DNA of 64,000 nt from Candidatus Bathyarchaeota archaeon (GCA_963717465.1 OY970340.1:1216001-1280000), one strand, 5' to 3'. Shown: positions 50,397-61,126, counted from the stretch's first letter. Translations and numbers: made by a program. The notes: generated from the letters alone by a model not told the origin.

Positions 50397-51244
50397 TTAA
50401 GTTTCGTAGAAAGACCTGGTGTGAACTATAGTTTTTGCGTCAGGATCTTTCCATAATCTTTCAAATGTTTCCTTTATGATTGTGCTCAGTTCAGCAGCGG
50501 TAGTTACTATAGCCAGCTTATTATCTAATGAAAGAATGGGAAACCATACCTCTTCTGAATCGTACATTGCAAAAAAGTGTTTGTTTGTATGCTGAAGTGT
50601 TTTTAATTCGAAGTCCGCATTTTTAGGCATTATTCTTTTGAATCCATCGCTAAGTGTACTTTCTTTTTCTGATAGAAGGATTAAGACGCGGATTTTAATT
50701 TTGCGTTTTGCCATATTCCTAAATTTTTCTTCTAAATATTCCAGCCATTCAAAAGGTGCATCTGGCAACACAACAGCGTACTCAAACCTTACTTTTTTGA
50801 ATGATAGTTCAGCCATATTAAAAGACATATTAAAAAGTTTTTCATAATCTAGAAGAACGAATTCGGCATTGGTTTCTTTTACGGTCTCTTATCATTCCGT
50901 ATTTCCGTTACGACCCCTCTAAAAGAGTTGTCTAAGGATGTAATTTTTTCCTTTAACTCTTGTTTCTTTAGAAGAAGAAGCCGACTCAAGCCTAATTTAA
51001 CTGGAATCTGTTTGATTACAATGGGCTTGTCATAGGTTTTGAGTATTAAGCCTTTTTTTTCAAGTTTAGCTAAAATTTTATATACATCTTGGGAGTGTAT
51101 GTTTGTTTTGCCAGAAATTTCCTTAACATTTGTGTAATTAAATTTAATTATGCAAGAATATACTCTTGCTTCGTTTCTGAAAGACCAAAAGAGCATAAGT
51201 TCTTCGATCTTCAGTTTGTCTTTTTCAATCGGTTCCTCTATCAC
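50397..51244 (-). CDS. TrmB-family transcriptional regulator; frameshift at ~50875
   Basis: EARVY..KEISGKTNIHSQDVYKILAKLEKKGLI winged HTH; C-terminal FERLW. Confidence 0.75.
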
Positions 51245-51385
51245 ACCTTACACCTAATTATTTTTAGGACTCTGAGACCTTTCAGTTAGTTGAAATATCT
51301 TAAAGAAACCGTCGACGCTTTCCATGTGAACCTTCATCACTTTTTTCACCGATATGCATCAGAAACAATATCGACATTAAATTTG

Positions 51386-51451
51386 TGCAACATCATAATC
51401 ATATTTATGCAACATCGTAATCATGTTACGATAATATCGTAATAAATCTTG
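51386..51451. promoter_or_regulatory. Three degenerate 22-bp tandem repeats plus palindrome TTACGATA-A-TATCGTAA
   Basis: Units start at 51386, 51408 and 51430; palindrome at 51426-51442; between divergent trmB-like and GH5 genes. Confidence 0.5.
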
Positions 51452-51769
51452 CGATTTTATGACAAATTTTAAAAATCAATAATCTATTCAAATTTGAGAT
51501 TTATAATGTACACGAAGGGTGCCGTAAACTACATGTCAAGTTATGTAGTTAACCCCTGGTTCAATTTATAATCAACCCAACACTTTACGGTATTTTTCCA
51601 TCAACTTGCGGGAAAAATTTAATTTTTTGTTGAGTTAACTTTTGTTAAACTATTGGTTGTCCAAATAGTGTAATAGAAAATTTGACTTTTAGTGGAAATT
51701 TTTTTGATAACCCTGTTAACTTAATTTAACAAAGGGCGTAATTGTGCTTTTCAAAAATGTATAAAATAG

Positions 51770-53305
51770 ATGAGGGCGATAGAAGAGGGTTCTCGGGAAG
51801 AGAGAGAAATGAATAAAGAGAGAATTAAAAAGACACTGCTATCCATAAAAGTCGTACGGAAACCTACAAAGCTAGCAGTCCTGTTCATCAGCGTTGTGTT
51901 CATAATTAGCATGTTTACAGTGCTCATGTCAGCAGATGCTTTATCAAATTCAGGAACTTTGACAAATTCATTGGCCCAAACAGCAATTTCCCAAACTCCA
52001 ATAACTTCAGGATTACACACAGACGGCAAATACATCGAAGATAGCTCAGGAAACATAATTTATCTGCGGGGTTTTCAAAAAGTGGAGATGGCTGATTATT
52101 CTGATGGTGTATGGATGGGAAGCCTAACATGGAATGCCACAAACGTAAAGACAGAATTAGAAGCGATGAAATCTCAGGGCGCAAATACTGTACGTTGCAT
52201 ACAAGCAATCGAAAACTGGAAATACGATTTAAGCACCCCTGGCGGCATACCCAACAGGGAAGCTGTAGAACAATTACTGACGATTGCACAACAAGAAGGA
52301 ATGTACGTTATATTCACACCCTACCGCGTTACAAACTACGTTGACGGGGGAAACCAAGACCCGTTACCATATCCTCCGTATCAAACCTCAGCCGGTGCAT
52401 CATCAGTTATTGGCAGCACACAAGATTTCGTTGATTACTGGTCAAGCGTAGCTTCAGTGCTCAAAAATTACCCAAATGCAATCTTTGAAATCTGGAATGA
52501 ACCTCATGGTGACGATGCAGCAATGACACAGTTCTTTGGTGTTCAGCAGCAAGTTATCAACGCAATCAGAGCCACTGGAGCACAAAACATAATCATGGCC
52601 CAATGGGACATGGGCAGCTGGGTAAACTTAGATGATCCAAGCAGTGGTTCAACAATGGCTTGGATAACTCAAGCAAACCTCACTGATCCATTGAACAATT
52701 TGGTTTACGTTACTCACATTTACCGTGAATATGGTGACACAGGCATTTACTCCGACCCTGCATCAATCGCAAAATGGGGAACAGACCACGCCTACGATTA
52801 CAATGAACTAATCAAAGCTTTCCAAGATGAAAAACTTGACTGGGTCTTGAACACATTGAATAAGCCACTGTTCGTTACAGAAATAGGCTGTGATGTTGCT
52901 CAATCCGGTCCTGAAGCATCTTATGAAACAACTGCCTTCGCTAACGCACTGAAAATATTTAACGAATGGGGAATCAACTACATTATTCATTGGTGGAGAG
53001 ACATAGGTATATTCAGCTTGAACAGCGGACCGCCGAATTTTACACCGACTGCAGGAGGCACTATTGCAGATTATTACTTACAACATCAACCAGCCGTACC
53101 AACTGGCACTTCAACAGGTTCCACATCAAATTCAAATTCATTAGTTGACGGCTCGCCAACATCTACAACTTTACCAGCATCCACACTCGCAATACTATCA
53201 CCAATGACCATAACAACCATAATGATGAGTGCAGTTTTATTGGCCCTATTGATCATTCTGCCCACTCTTGTCACACGCTTAAGAAGCAAAGGTAGAAGTC
53301 AGTAA
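51770..53305 (+). CDS. Glycoside hydrolase family 5 (cellulase family), secreted and membrane-anchored; start uncertain
   Basis: FEIWNEP acid/base, PLFVTEIG nucleophile, N-terminal hydrophobic signal, Ser/Thr linker, C-terminal TM. Confidence 0.88.
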   Translation: MRAIEEGSREEREMNKERIKKTLLSIKVVRKPTKLAVLFISVVFIISMFTVLMSADALSNSGTLTNSLAQTAISQTPITSGLHTDGKYIEDSSGNIIYLRGFQKVEMADYSDGVWMGSLTWNATNVKTELEAMKSQGANTVRCIQAIENWKYDLSTPGGIPNREAVEQLLTIAQQEGMYVIFTPYRVTNYVDGGNQDPLPYPPYQTSAGASSVIGSTQDFVDYWSSVASVLKNYPNAIFEIWNEPHGDDAAMTQFFGVQQQVINAIRATGAQNIIMAQWDMGSWVNLDDPSSGSTMAWITQANLTDPLNNLVYVTHIYREYGDTGIYSDPASIAKWGTDHAYDYNELIKAFQDEKLDWVLNTLNKPLFVTEIGCDVAQSGPEASYETTAFANALKIFNEWGINYIIHWWRDIGIFSLNSGPPNFTPTAGGTIADYYLQHQPAVPTGTSTGSTSNSNSLVDGSPTSTTLPASTLAILSPMTITTIMMSAVLLALLIILPTLVTRLRSKGRSQ

Positions 53306-53476
53306 ACGCCTTCCCTTTTTTGTTTTCTTAACTAAAAACCTATTTTTTCTATAACTGATTTTCTTAATTTTAAGTCTTAGGTCTCAAAACGAAACAATCA
53401 AACAAAAACAAAAAAAATGCCTTCTACAGATTATTTTTTTAGATTTACCGAAAAAGAAAAGAAAAACCGAAGTTCC

Positions 53477-55342
53477 TTATTTCCACAAATCATTCGCTAT
53501 TTCATTTAAGTCAAGCTGTATAAGCTTGTTTTTCGAAGGCTTACCGGTTTCCCAATCCCAATCCATTAACTTGTTGTACTCCTGCACCATGTCTTTTAGG
53601 TATGAAGCAATCGAATGCCCTTTTGCACCACCATCCGGCGGAGCCTCCAAAAATCTAGGTGAGACATCCAAATCCATTTCAGGCAAAAACCCATGCCTAA
53701 CATTAAATGCCCTCTGAACGTTAGCAATTCTCTCGCCAACAATTAACATTTCCTCAACACTAAGAGGCCACCCAGTGAGAGCAGTATACGCTTTAGACAT
53801 AGTATCCAAACTTACACAGCCCCACAAGCAGACACCCAACGTATCTATCGCAAGCTTCTTACACTGTGTCCGACGCGCAGCATCACTTTTCCCAGCAATC
53901 TCAAAAGGATCCAACGGCTCATTAATCCCAATTTCCGCATCTGTTTGCAAATCAGAACCTCCACTTTCATGCCTGGGACCTGCACCTCCAATGCAAAACC
54001 CTAAAAACATCCCCCACATAGCCCTCATATCATGCGCATGGTTCGATTCTCCTTTAATATGAGACGCAAAACTCGAGGCTTCTTTGCCACCTATTTTCTC
54101 TGGTCCAGCTTTCAACCCTAATGCCAGAATATCACCTATCCCTTCCCGGTAAGCTATTCTTCTCAGAAGTTCTGCCGCAGCTTTTTCATCACCCCAGCGG
54201 AGCTCCAATCCATTAAGGTTATCCTTGTTAAGTATGCCTTTCTCGTATGCTTCTATTGCCCAGCTTACTATTGAACCAGCCCAATTACCGTCAAAGCCCA
54301 ATTTATCCACATAATCAGTTAACCACAATACCGATCCAGGATCACTTATTCCGATGAGTGATCCTAAGTTTGTGCAATCTTCTAATTCTGGTTCCTCCCC
54401 TACAAACCCTGTATACGGGCCCTCGGTAACTTCCATCAGGTTAACATGTGCTATGGAGCAGCCAAAACATGGTTTTCGCGTAACTTTAAACTTCTCGCGC
54501 ATATAGTACCCTGTTAATTTTTCAACCCCTGGGAAAACTCCAGTTTGAAAATTCTTTACTGGTACATCACCCATTTCATGCATCGGCTCAAGAACTGCAG
54601 CAGTTCCAGCCGAGTTAAGCAATCCGGTCATCATTGCTGATTCACTCTCTTCCCGCCACTTCTTAGCTAACTCTCTAAACTCTTCTGGGTTTGCAATGGG
54701 AATTTTTCCTGTCCCATGAACAGCAATTGCTTTAAGACGCTTAGAGCCCATAACTATTCCGACGTTGCCTTTAGCTGCGATGTGGCCGTAATCATTCTCT
54801 ATACAGGCACTAGCACAAAGGTTTTCTCCGGCTGGACCAATAGCTAAAACATGGGGAGCGCTTTTCTGGTTTAATTCCTTCTTAATGAAGTCTTCAGTCT
54901 CAAACGTATTTGCTTTTCCCCAGATTTTGCTTGCGTCACGAATTTCATATTGACCATCGTGTATCCATAGATATACTGGTTTTTCAGAGGCGCCTTGTAT
55001 TATAATGCCGTCGTATCCAGCGAACTTGAGGTTTGCACCCCAAAAACCGTGAGAGTTAGCAACGGCTATGTTGCAACCGGTTATTGGGTTTAATGATATT
55101 ACTTGAAAGTTGGATGGTGATTGGACCATTGTACCTGTAAAGGGGCCGGTCATGAAGATAAGCCGATTTTCCGGGTCTGTCGCTTTTACTTCTGGAGAAA
55201 CTTCCTCATACATAATTTTTGCCCCGATGCCGAGTTGTCCGATAAACTTCTTCAAAAAGTTATCATCAAGTTTTTCTTCTACTATCTTTTTATTGGAAAG
55301 ATTCACGCGTAATAATTTGCCCATGCATCCCCCAAGTGTCAT
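53477..55342 (-). CDS. Aldehyde:ferredoxin oxidoreductase family protein (intact)
   Basis: IGPAGENL, MGSKRLKAI, CFGC, LGVC, WDWETGKP. Confidence 0.92.
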   Translation of the reverse strand: MTLGGCMGKLLRVNLSNKKIVEEKLDDNFLKKFIGQLGIGAKIMYEEVSPEVKATDPENRLIFMTGPFTGTMVQSPSNFQVISLNPITGCNIAVANSHGFWGANLKFAGYDGIIIQGASEKPVYLWIHDGQYEIRDASKIWGKANTFETEDFIKKELNQKSAPHVLAIGPAGENLCASACIENDYGHIAAKGNVGIVMGSKRLKAIAVHGTGKIPIANPEEFRELAKKWREESESAMMTGLLNSAGTAAVLEPMHEMGDVPVKNFQTGVFPGVEKLTGYYMREKFKVTRKPCFGCSIAHVNLMEVTEGPYTGFVGEEPELEDCTNLGSLIGISDPGSVLWLTDYVDKLGFDGNWAGSIVSWAIEAYEKGILNKDNLNGLELRWGDEKAAAELLRRIAYREGIGDILALGLKAGPEKIGGKEASSFASHIKGESNHAHDMRAMWGMFLGFCIGGAGPRHESGGSDLQTDAEIGINEPLDPFEIAGKSDAARRTQCKKLAIDTLGVCLWGCVSLDTMSKAYTALTGWPLSVEEMLIVGERIANVQRAFNVRHGFLPEMDLDVSPRFLEAPPDGGAKGHSIASYLKDMVQEYNKLMDWDWETGKPSKNKLIQLDLNEIANDLWK

Positions 55343-55565
55343 ATATAGACCTCAAAATGATTAAATTTGATGCATACTTAAGTTTTCTTTATGCATTTCA
55401 ATGCATAACGTTTAATGATGCTCTAGCAGATCACTGAAAGAAATGAGAAGACAAACAACCCTTAACCCAACAATTTAAAGGAAAATGAAGGTGACGTACT
55501 CCACTGAACGGGTACGAAATTTTTCCGAATAAATTAATTCTTTAAAAAAATAGCTCTGTTATCCA

Positions 55566-56183
55566 TCACGTTTGACCAAATTCTCTAATAAACTCGTCTA
55601 TGTCACCGTAAAAATAGTCAAGGTTTTCTCTGATTTTGTTTTCGTCCCAATTCCACCAAGCGATTGCTAACAGTTGCCGTATTTGTTCCTCGCTGTATCT
55701 GTACTTAATTATTCTTGCGGGTACTCCCCCAACTATAGCATAAGGCGGAACGTTGCGAGTTACAACTGCTCCAGCTCCGACAATTACCCCGTCTCCAACA
55801 GTTACTCTTGGAAGAATTATCGATCTTGCACCTATCCAAACATCGCTGCCAATTTTAACGTAGCCTCCTTTGTTTGGGAGAAAATATTTTTGTTTAAAAC
55901 CGTTTTTCTTTAGGTTTGCCAGTGGAAAAGTTGAAACTCTCTTATTCATATATTCGCTAAGTGGTATGTGCCCCATCGATGTTACAATAATCACATCTGG
56001 GCCAATTGAGCAATAATTACCAATTGTCACGTTATCTCTGAAGAACATGTACATGTATGGGGTCCCCATGCAATGCTTCCCTAGATTAACTGAGCCTTTC
56101 GGCATCATGTACATGCGCCACAAATACGTTAGAGTTGTCTTAAAATCCATGTTTAACCGCTCAAGTAAAAAATTCTTGTTCAC
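55566..56183 (-). CDS. CatB/Vat-related hexapeptide acetyltransferase
   Basis: [35 protein letters not shown]. Confidence 0.9.
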   Translation of the reverse strand: MNKNFLLERLNMDFKTTLTYLWRMYMMPKGSVNLGKHCMGTPYMYMFFRDNVTIGNYCSIGPDVIIVTSMGHIPLSEYMNKRVSTFPLANLKKNGFKQKYFLPNKGGYVKIGSDVWIGARSIILPRVTVGDGVIVGAGAVVTRNVPPYAIVGGVPARIIKYRYSEEQIRQLLAIAWWNWDENKIRENLDYFYGDIDEFIREFGQT

Positions 56184-56372
56184 TTCTATTTTTCGTAGCC
56201 TTGTTTTTAAGAATTAGCTTGGTCAGTTGATGGAATAGCGATAGACTAACCATAAACTGAGATAACCATTTTTGAGAACAACTTGTTGCTTAAAAAAAGC
56301 TTACTCCATTAACAAAAGCCAGGCAAAACAACAAGATATTGATTACCTGGTCTTCCTTCATTAATGATAGAT

Positions 56373-56741
56373 TCAATGACTTTGCTTTAGGTGCATCCAC
56401 ACATCAATGCCTAGGAACAAATCAAAGAGTAAAAATCCTAAGAAAATTGTAAGGTTTAGAAATAAGTTGGCCGTCGAGCTTCCAAAAAGCATCTCAATTA
56501 ATACTATAACAGCTGCGACTGTGTTAATCGCAATGACGCCACGATGGAGCGGTTTGTTTTTGTTAGCATGAAACCTAAAGTCAGCTAAACTCATTGCCAT
56601 TACCACGAAAAGTGCCCCGGATACAAAAAGGGTAATCGCAAAACTATAGGGATTAACAACAAGAACAGCTATCCCTAAAAACCATCCTGCAAAAGCAAAA
56701 ACTGCATTTATGACTGAATGTTGACTCACTATTTTACTCAA
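56373..56741 (-). CDS. Hypothetical four-TM membrane protein
   Basis: Four hydrophobic segments. Confidence 0.65.
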   Translation of the reverse strand: MSKIVSQHSVINAVFAFAGWFLGIAVLVVNPYSFAITLFVSGALFVVMAMSLADFRFHANKNKPLHRGVIAINTVAAVIVLIEMLFGSSTANLFLNLTIFLGFLLFDLFLGIDVWMHLKQSH

Positions 56742-56850
56742 GGTCTACTTCCACTTCGGTTTAGATTTAACTATGATTTCATTGGTTAACATTTAGATCC
56801 GTCTGAACGTATAAGTCAACAATGCGACAAGAATCAGGAATTTAACTTGG

Positions 56851-57330
56851 TTATTTTTTCTTAAGGAGGCGCCCATAACGGTCAATCTCTCCTTTACGGA
56901 TACGAGTAGTTGAAATGGGCTTTCGGTTTTCAGCCGGAACCATGCGAATTGTTATTATTTTAAGGGGCTTAAGCCTTGCTTCTTTTCTTTTACCGTTTAT
57001 TTTCTTTGCAATTCCCTTTGTTTCTTTGCTAACAACCAAAGCGTCAATTTCCTTATCAGATAACGTAACGCCGTATGAATCGTCTAGTTGAACAATTTCT
57101 GTTCTTGCTTTAACGCCATTTTTCTCCAAGAAGTCTTTTACTTCTTTAAGTCTCTCATCATAAGAAGCTGTCAGGTGAGGCTTATCCATTTTTGAAACAA
57201 ATTCGTCAGATGATAAGCCAACTAAAACATGTTCTCCAACTTCAATAGCCTTATCAAGCAAAGCTTCATGTCCCATGTGAAGCTCATCAAATGTGCCGCC
57301 TACTGCTACTTTCTTAAATTTCTTCATCAA
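56851..57330 (-). CDS. coaD: Phosphopantetheine adenylyltransferase (archaeal type)
   Basis: VGGTFDELHMGH, LVVSKET, ISTTRIR. Confidence 0.92.
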   Translation of the reverse strand: MMKKFKKVAVGGTFDELHMGHEALLDKAIEVGEHVLVGLSSDEFVSKMDKPHLTASYDERLKEVKDFLEKNGVKARTEIVQLDDSYGVTLSDKEIDALVVSKETKGIAKKINGKRKEARLKPLKIITIRMVPAENRKPISTTRIRKGEIDRYGRLLKKK

Positions 57331-58253
57331 CTTATCAGCCTGGCACCTTGAGAATCTATCTTGCTAACGATAACTTGCTTAATAGACTTAACCTGTTTGA
57401 ATACTTCAGCAACTTTATCAGCATTCTCTTGACTTACAAGGGAGTGCACTGCTTCACCAAGCATGTTCTGTGCTGAACCAATCGCACCAGCCTTTTCCGC
57501 TAAACGTGCAAGTTCTCTAATTTGAGGCGTCATAAACCCAGTTTTCTCAGCAAACTTCAGGGAGTAATCCAAGAAATTCTCTAAGGTAGGCTTATTCATT
57601 ATTTCTTGTAGCGTTTTGTTGCCCCACTGGTTAATTCTTCGCCGTTTCTCGGGTGAGGATAAAACCTGCTTAGTTGGAATCGGTCCGAAAAAACCTGCAA
57701 CAACAACGCAATCTGGACTTATGGGTAACCTATCTATAACGCTTATTCCAGGCGCTCCCGGCTCCAGCGTAAGGGCGCAACCGCCCAGCATCAGGGGACC
57801 AACAGTACCTAAACCAGTTTTGCATTGAATTTCAGCAACATGGGCTATCCTGCCAATCTGGTTATACGTTAATGGCAAATTCAATGCTTCTTTAAGAGCC
57901 AACCCAGTAGTTAATGCCCCACCAGCGCTTGTTCCAAAACCAGCACCTATAGGCACCTCAACAGTGTGATGAACTACCACATCATAGGGTTTTTCCATTT
58001 TGCTTAGAAGCATCTCTGCAACTGTTCTAGTTGTCTCCGCCTCCGGAGCCATCGAGTTATTAATAAAAACCTTAATATCTATTTTTTTTGCTTCCTTAAC
58101 ATTGACTTGGGTCCAAACGCCTTTTTGAATTCCAAAGCCGCCGCCTCTGGATCCAACACGCTCCAAATCCAGAATCGGTTTACCTTTTATTTTATCGCAG
58201 ATTTCAAAAAAACTGGAGATTCCTGCTGGGGCAAACGCCTTAGCGGTTTTCAT
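57327..58253 (-). CDS. Pantoate kinase (GHMP family)
   Basis: GSRGGG, PIGAGFGTSAG, AHVAE..TGLG, AQNMLGE; operonic with coaD. Confidence 0.88.
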   Translation of the reverse strand: MKTAKAFAPAGISSFFEICDKIKGKPILDLERVGSRGGGFGIQKGVWTQVNVKEAKKIDIKVFINNSMAPEAETTRTVAEMLLSKMEKPYDVVVHHTVEVPIGAGFGTSAGGALTTGLALKEALNLPLTYNQIGRIAHVAEIQCKTGLGTVGPLMLGGCALTLEPGAPGISVIDRLPISPDCVVVAGFFGPIPTKQVLSSPEKRRRINQWGNKTLQEIMNKPTLENFLDYSLKFAEKTGFMTPQIRELARLAEKAGAIGSAQNMLGEAVHSLVSQENADKVAEVFKQVKSIKQVIVSKIDSQGARLIS

Positions 58254-59022
58254 TTTTTGCACTTTTTTCTTCTTGCTTTTTGGTTAGCTGTGGAAATGCT
58301 GCGTAGCAAGCTTTTATAATTGGCGGTGAAAGCAACATTAGAAATGGAATTTCTGTAGCAAAGGTCCAAACGAAATATAAAGGTATAACACTGGCTGACA
58401 ATGGTGCTGTAAAGGTGCCTGTGGGCGAAAAGAAGATTAGACTGTAAACCCATACGCCAACTGATAATATGACTGAGCCGATTACTTGGCCGATGATTGC
58501 GCTAACGCCGAAGTTTTTGAATTCTTTCCAATACTTAGTTATTAATAAAAACGATGGTATAGTGACTGCCATTATGACAACAAAGAGAATAGCTAAAGTG
58601 ATAGGTGTTAATGCATAAGCTGTCTGGGATTCCGTGGGAAAAATTAATGTTGGAGCCAATAAACCGAGGATTATTACTGCAGCACCCATTAAAAAGCTTA
58701 GGACCGTTTTTTTCCTATCCAACTTTGTCCTTGATAAGTACCCAACAATGAAAAATAAAGCAAAATTTGCTGTAACACCCGCAATTAGACTAAGCAATGG
58801 GTTACCTGTGACATACGCGTCTCTGATGAAGATGCCAATAGCGCCGCCTAATCCTCCAACCCAAGGACCAAAAAGGACTGCGAATATTGCTGGTATGAAA
58901 ACTGCCGGCCAAAATGCAACATTACCAAAATTCAAGTTATAACTTGTCAGATAGCCCACCACTGCATAAAGTGCCGCGCACAATGCAACAGCAATAATAT
59001 CACGGGATTTCAGTTTGACCAT
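58240..59022 (-). CDS. ECF-transporter S-component-like membrane protein
   Basis: IAVALCAALY, FAVLFGPWVGGLGGAIG, multiple TMs. Confidence 0.75.
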   Translation of the reverse strand: MVKLKSRDIIAVALCAALYAVVGYLTSYNLNFGNVAFWPAVFIPAIFAVLFGPWVGGLGGAIGIFIRDAYVTGNPLLSLIAGVTANFALFFIVGYLSRTKLDRKKTVLSFLMGAAVIILGLLAPTLIFPTESQTAYALTPITLAILFVVIMAVTIPSFLLITKYWKEFKNFGVSAIIGQVIGSVILSVGVWVYSLIFFSPTGTFTAPLSASVIPLYFVWTFATEIPFLMLLSPPIIKACYAAFPQLTKKQEEKSAKNENR

Positions 59023-59157
59023 GTACTTAATGCTCCATTTTCGAATGGTTTAAGGCTTGAACGAATTCGTTATAGATAAAACTTACCTATGAACAGTTTA
59101 AATATGTTTAGACTTATCGCAAGTATCATCAAACTGGCTATTGATTAGAATCGCGGA

Positions 59158-59468
59158 TCATGTTTTTTGTCGCTTCATCAGTTCAGTGTGGTCTTTTTTG
59201 TACTCTTCATGCTTGTAAGTGTAAGGCTTGTTGCTTGCAGGCAGGGGCGTGTTGTGCTTGTAACCTCGTTTACGCATTTCTTGCACTTCCTCGCTGTGGC
59301 GAGCATAAATTGATCTAAGCGATTTCTGAACCGCAATGTTTCAGGATGATGACTAAAAGCTTTGTATTTTCCCTCCAATGCGCCAACTATACAGTGGAGT
59401 TCCGCATGTTCTCCCAGTAAATGTTGGCGATCAAACTCTTGGACTGGCACACTCCAAATCCGAACCAT
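59158..59468 (-). CDS. Pyrimidine-dimer DNA glycosylase/endonuclease V-like protein; frameshift at ~59310
   Basis: MVRIWS..HLLGEHAELH..HPET; second frame EMRKRGYKHNTPLP. Confidence 0.75.
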
Positions 59469-59575
59469 AAAAAACACCTTATAAAAACTAATTTTTTAAT
59501 CGGCTGCCTTGGAACTATCTTTTGATAGTCCTGCAAGCATCACAACGAATTGCCTTAATCAACTGACTTGAAGTT

Positions 59576-59932
59576 TTACTTTTTATGCCTTTTAATTCTA
59601 TCTTGCTTTTGAGTCGCCATGCGCCAATCTTTCTTTCTCTGAGTCTGCATTACGAATCTTTCTTGTCGGGGCATTGGCGATAATTTGCGGTGATGTGCAA
59701 TATTTTGGTAAAATGTTTCCAAATCACTCTTGTTCTCTTTTAAATCTAGTATTTTCTTGTTCAAGTCTTCTTTGTCTGCGGCACTATTTACTTTGTCAAA
59801 TGTTTCTGAATAAACAAGGTATGCCGCATGAAACTGGAAATTTGAGGTGTCATCGATTAAAAGTTTCTCAATTTTGAGGGGTTCGTTATTGTTTGTTTTT
59901 GATTCTTCGGTCATGTTTTTCCCGTTATGCAA
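59576..59932 (-). CDS. Hypothetical protein
   Basis: 118-aa ORF with a basic C-terminus. Confidence 0.65.
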   Translation of the reverse strand: MHNGKNMTEESKTNNNEPLKIEKLLIDDTSNFQFHAAYLVYSETFDKVNSAADKEDLNKKILDLKENKSDLETFYQNIAHHRKLSPMPRQERFVMQTQRKKDWRMATQKQDRIKRHKK

Positions 59933-60090
59933 TGGATGATGTGTTTTTCACCCTTTTATAGATGTGCCTCTAAAGTATTCCGCTGTACATTGAAAATAGA
60001 TTTAATCGCTTATTTAAAGGGCAATTATTAAAATGGTATTTCTTTGGAAGAAGAGATTAATTTTAATACAATTTCAAAACACTATAACTC

Positions 60091-61122
60091 ATGGATACTC
60101 TTGTAGATGATATCGGCAGTTTTCCATTCCCTTTAAATGCCAACAAAGAAAAATTTAATCGCGCTTATCAGATAGCAAGAGAAATGGCATTTAACAAAAA
60201 AGATTTTGCGAGCAATGATTTTTTAAAAGAAAATTTTAATTCTATAATCCTTAACGCATTTAAGAAGAAACTAGCTTCCGGACTAGATGTTGCTAATTAT
60301 CCTCAACTCTACAATGGAATGAACCAAGTGTGTGACCTTATCCATTTAGCCAAGGAAAAAGGCTCATACGTCGTCGAAGAGAAAAAAGCTTTATTGCCCG
60401 AAATCTGCATTCTTGAAAAAGAAGCAAAAACCCTCTGTGAAGAATTCGGAAAGAAAATTCAGTTACGGGTATCACTTTTTGGACCGCTAGAATTATACTA
60501 TCAAGAGATTGGAAGTATAGTTTACCCTGACGTATTATTAGCTTTAGCGGAAACTGTACGGCGAATTGCAAAGAATTCGGTTATTAACTCGAAGTACATT
60601 CAAACAAGGGTTGTATCCATTGATGAGCCCAGTTTAGGCTATACTGAGCTTGATGTTGAATCAGGCCTTTTCTGTGAGGTTGTAAAGAAAGCTTTTGATT
60701 TCAAAGACGCAGTAAAGCAGATTCATCTTCATTTACCTTACAAGTTTCATGAATTGTTAGGCGTTGAAAACCTTGACGTGTTATCGTTTGAGTATGCGGC
60801 TTCCCCCCAAAATATTGCTGTCGTGCCAAAGCGGCTTCTTGATCAAGCGGATAAGCAGATTAGGGTGGGCATTTCAAGGACTGACATAGACTCGTTGATT
60901 GCTGAACTTAAAGATAAGGGAATCTCTAAGCCTTCAAATGATCAATTAGTTGAGTCTGAAGCTACGATAAGAAAAAGGTATGTTTTCGCCAAAAAGAAAT
61001 ATGGCGAAACGCTCGCTTTTACGGGTCCTGACTGCGGTTTAAGCGGTTGGCCAAACCAAGAATCAGCACAGCTTCTGTTAGAGAGAACAGTAAAGGCTGT
61101 ACGGTCATCTGAAACAACGTAA
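60091..61122 (+). CDS. Cobalamin-independent methionine synthase-like protein (core/MetE C-terminal type)
   Basis: DDIGSFP, YPQ, SIDEPSLG, HLH, GPDCGL. Confidence 0.8.
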   Translation: MDTLVDDIGSFPFPLNANKEKFNRAYQIAREMAFNKKDFASNDFLKENFNSIILNAFKKKLASGLDVANYPQLYNGMNQVCDLIHLAKEKGSYVVEEKKALLPEICILEKEAKTLCEEFGKKIQLRVSLFGPLELYYQEIGSIVYPDVLLALAETVRRIAKNSVINSKYIQTRVVSIDEPSLGYTELDVESGLFCEVVKKAFDFKDAVKQIHLHLPYKFHELLGVENLDVLSFEYAASPQNIAVVPKRLLDQADKQIRVGISRTDIDSLIAELKDKGISKPSNDQLVESEATIRKRYVFAKKKYGETLAFTGPDCGLSGWPNQESAQLLLERTVKAVRSSETT

Positions 61123-61126
61123 TTGC

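Noticed and set aside
55566..56183. Antibiotic-resistance gene (vat/catB)
   Set aside because: Hexapeptide acetyltransferase motifs alone do not establish the substrate; many homologs act on sugars.
46495..56300. Integrated element bounded by tRNA-Lys att repeats
   Set aside because: No duplicated tRNA-Lys 3' end or integrase found by eye, so it is reported only as an accessory region.
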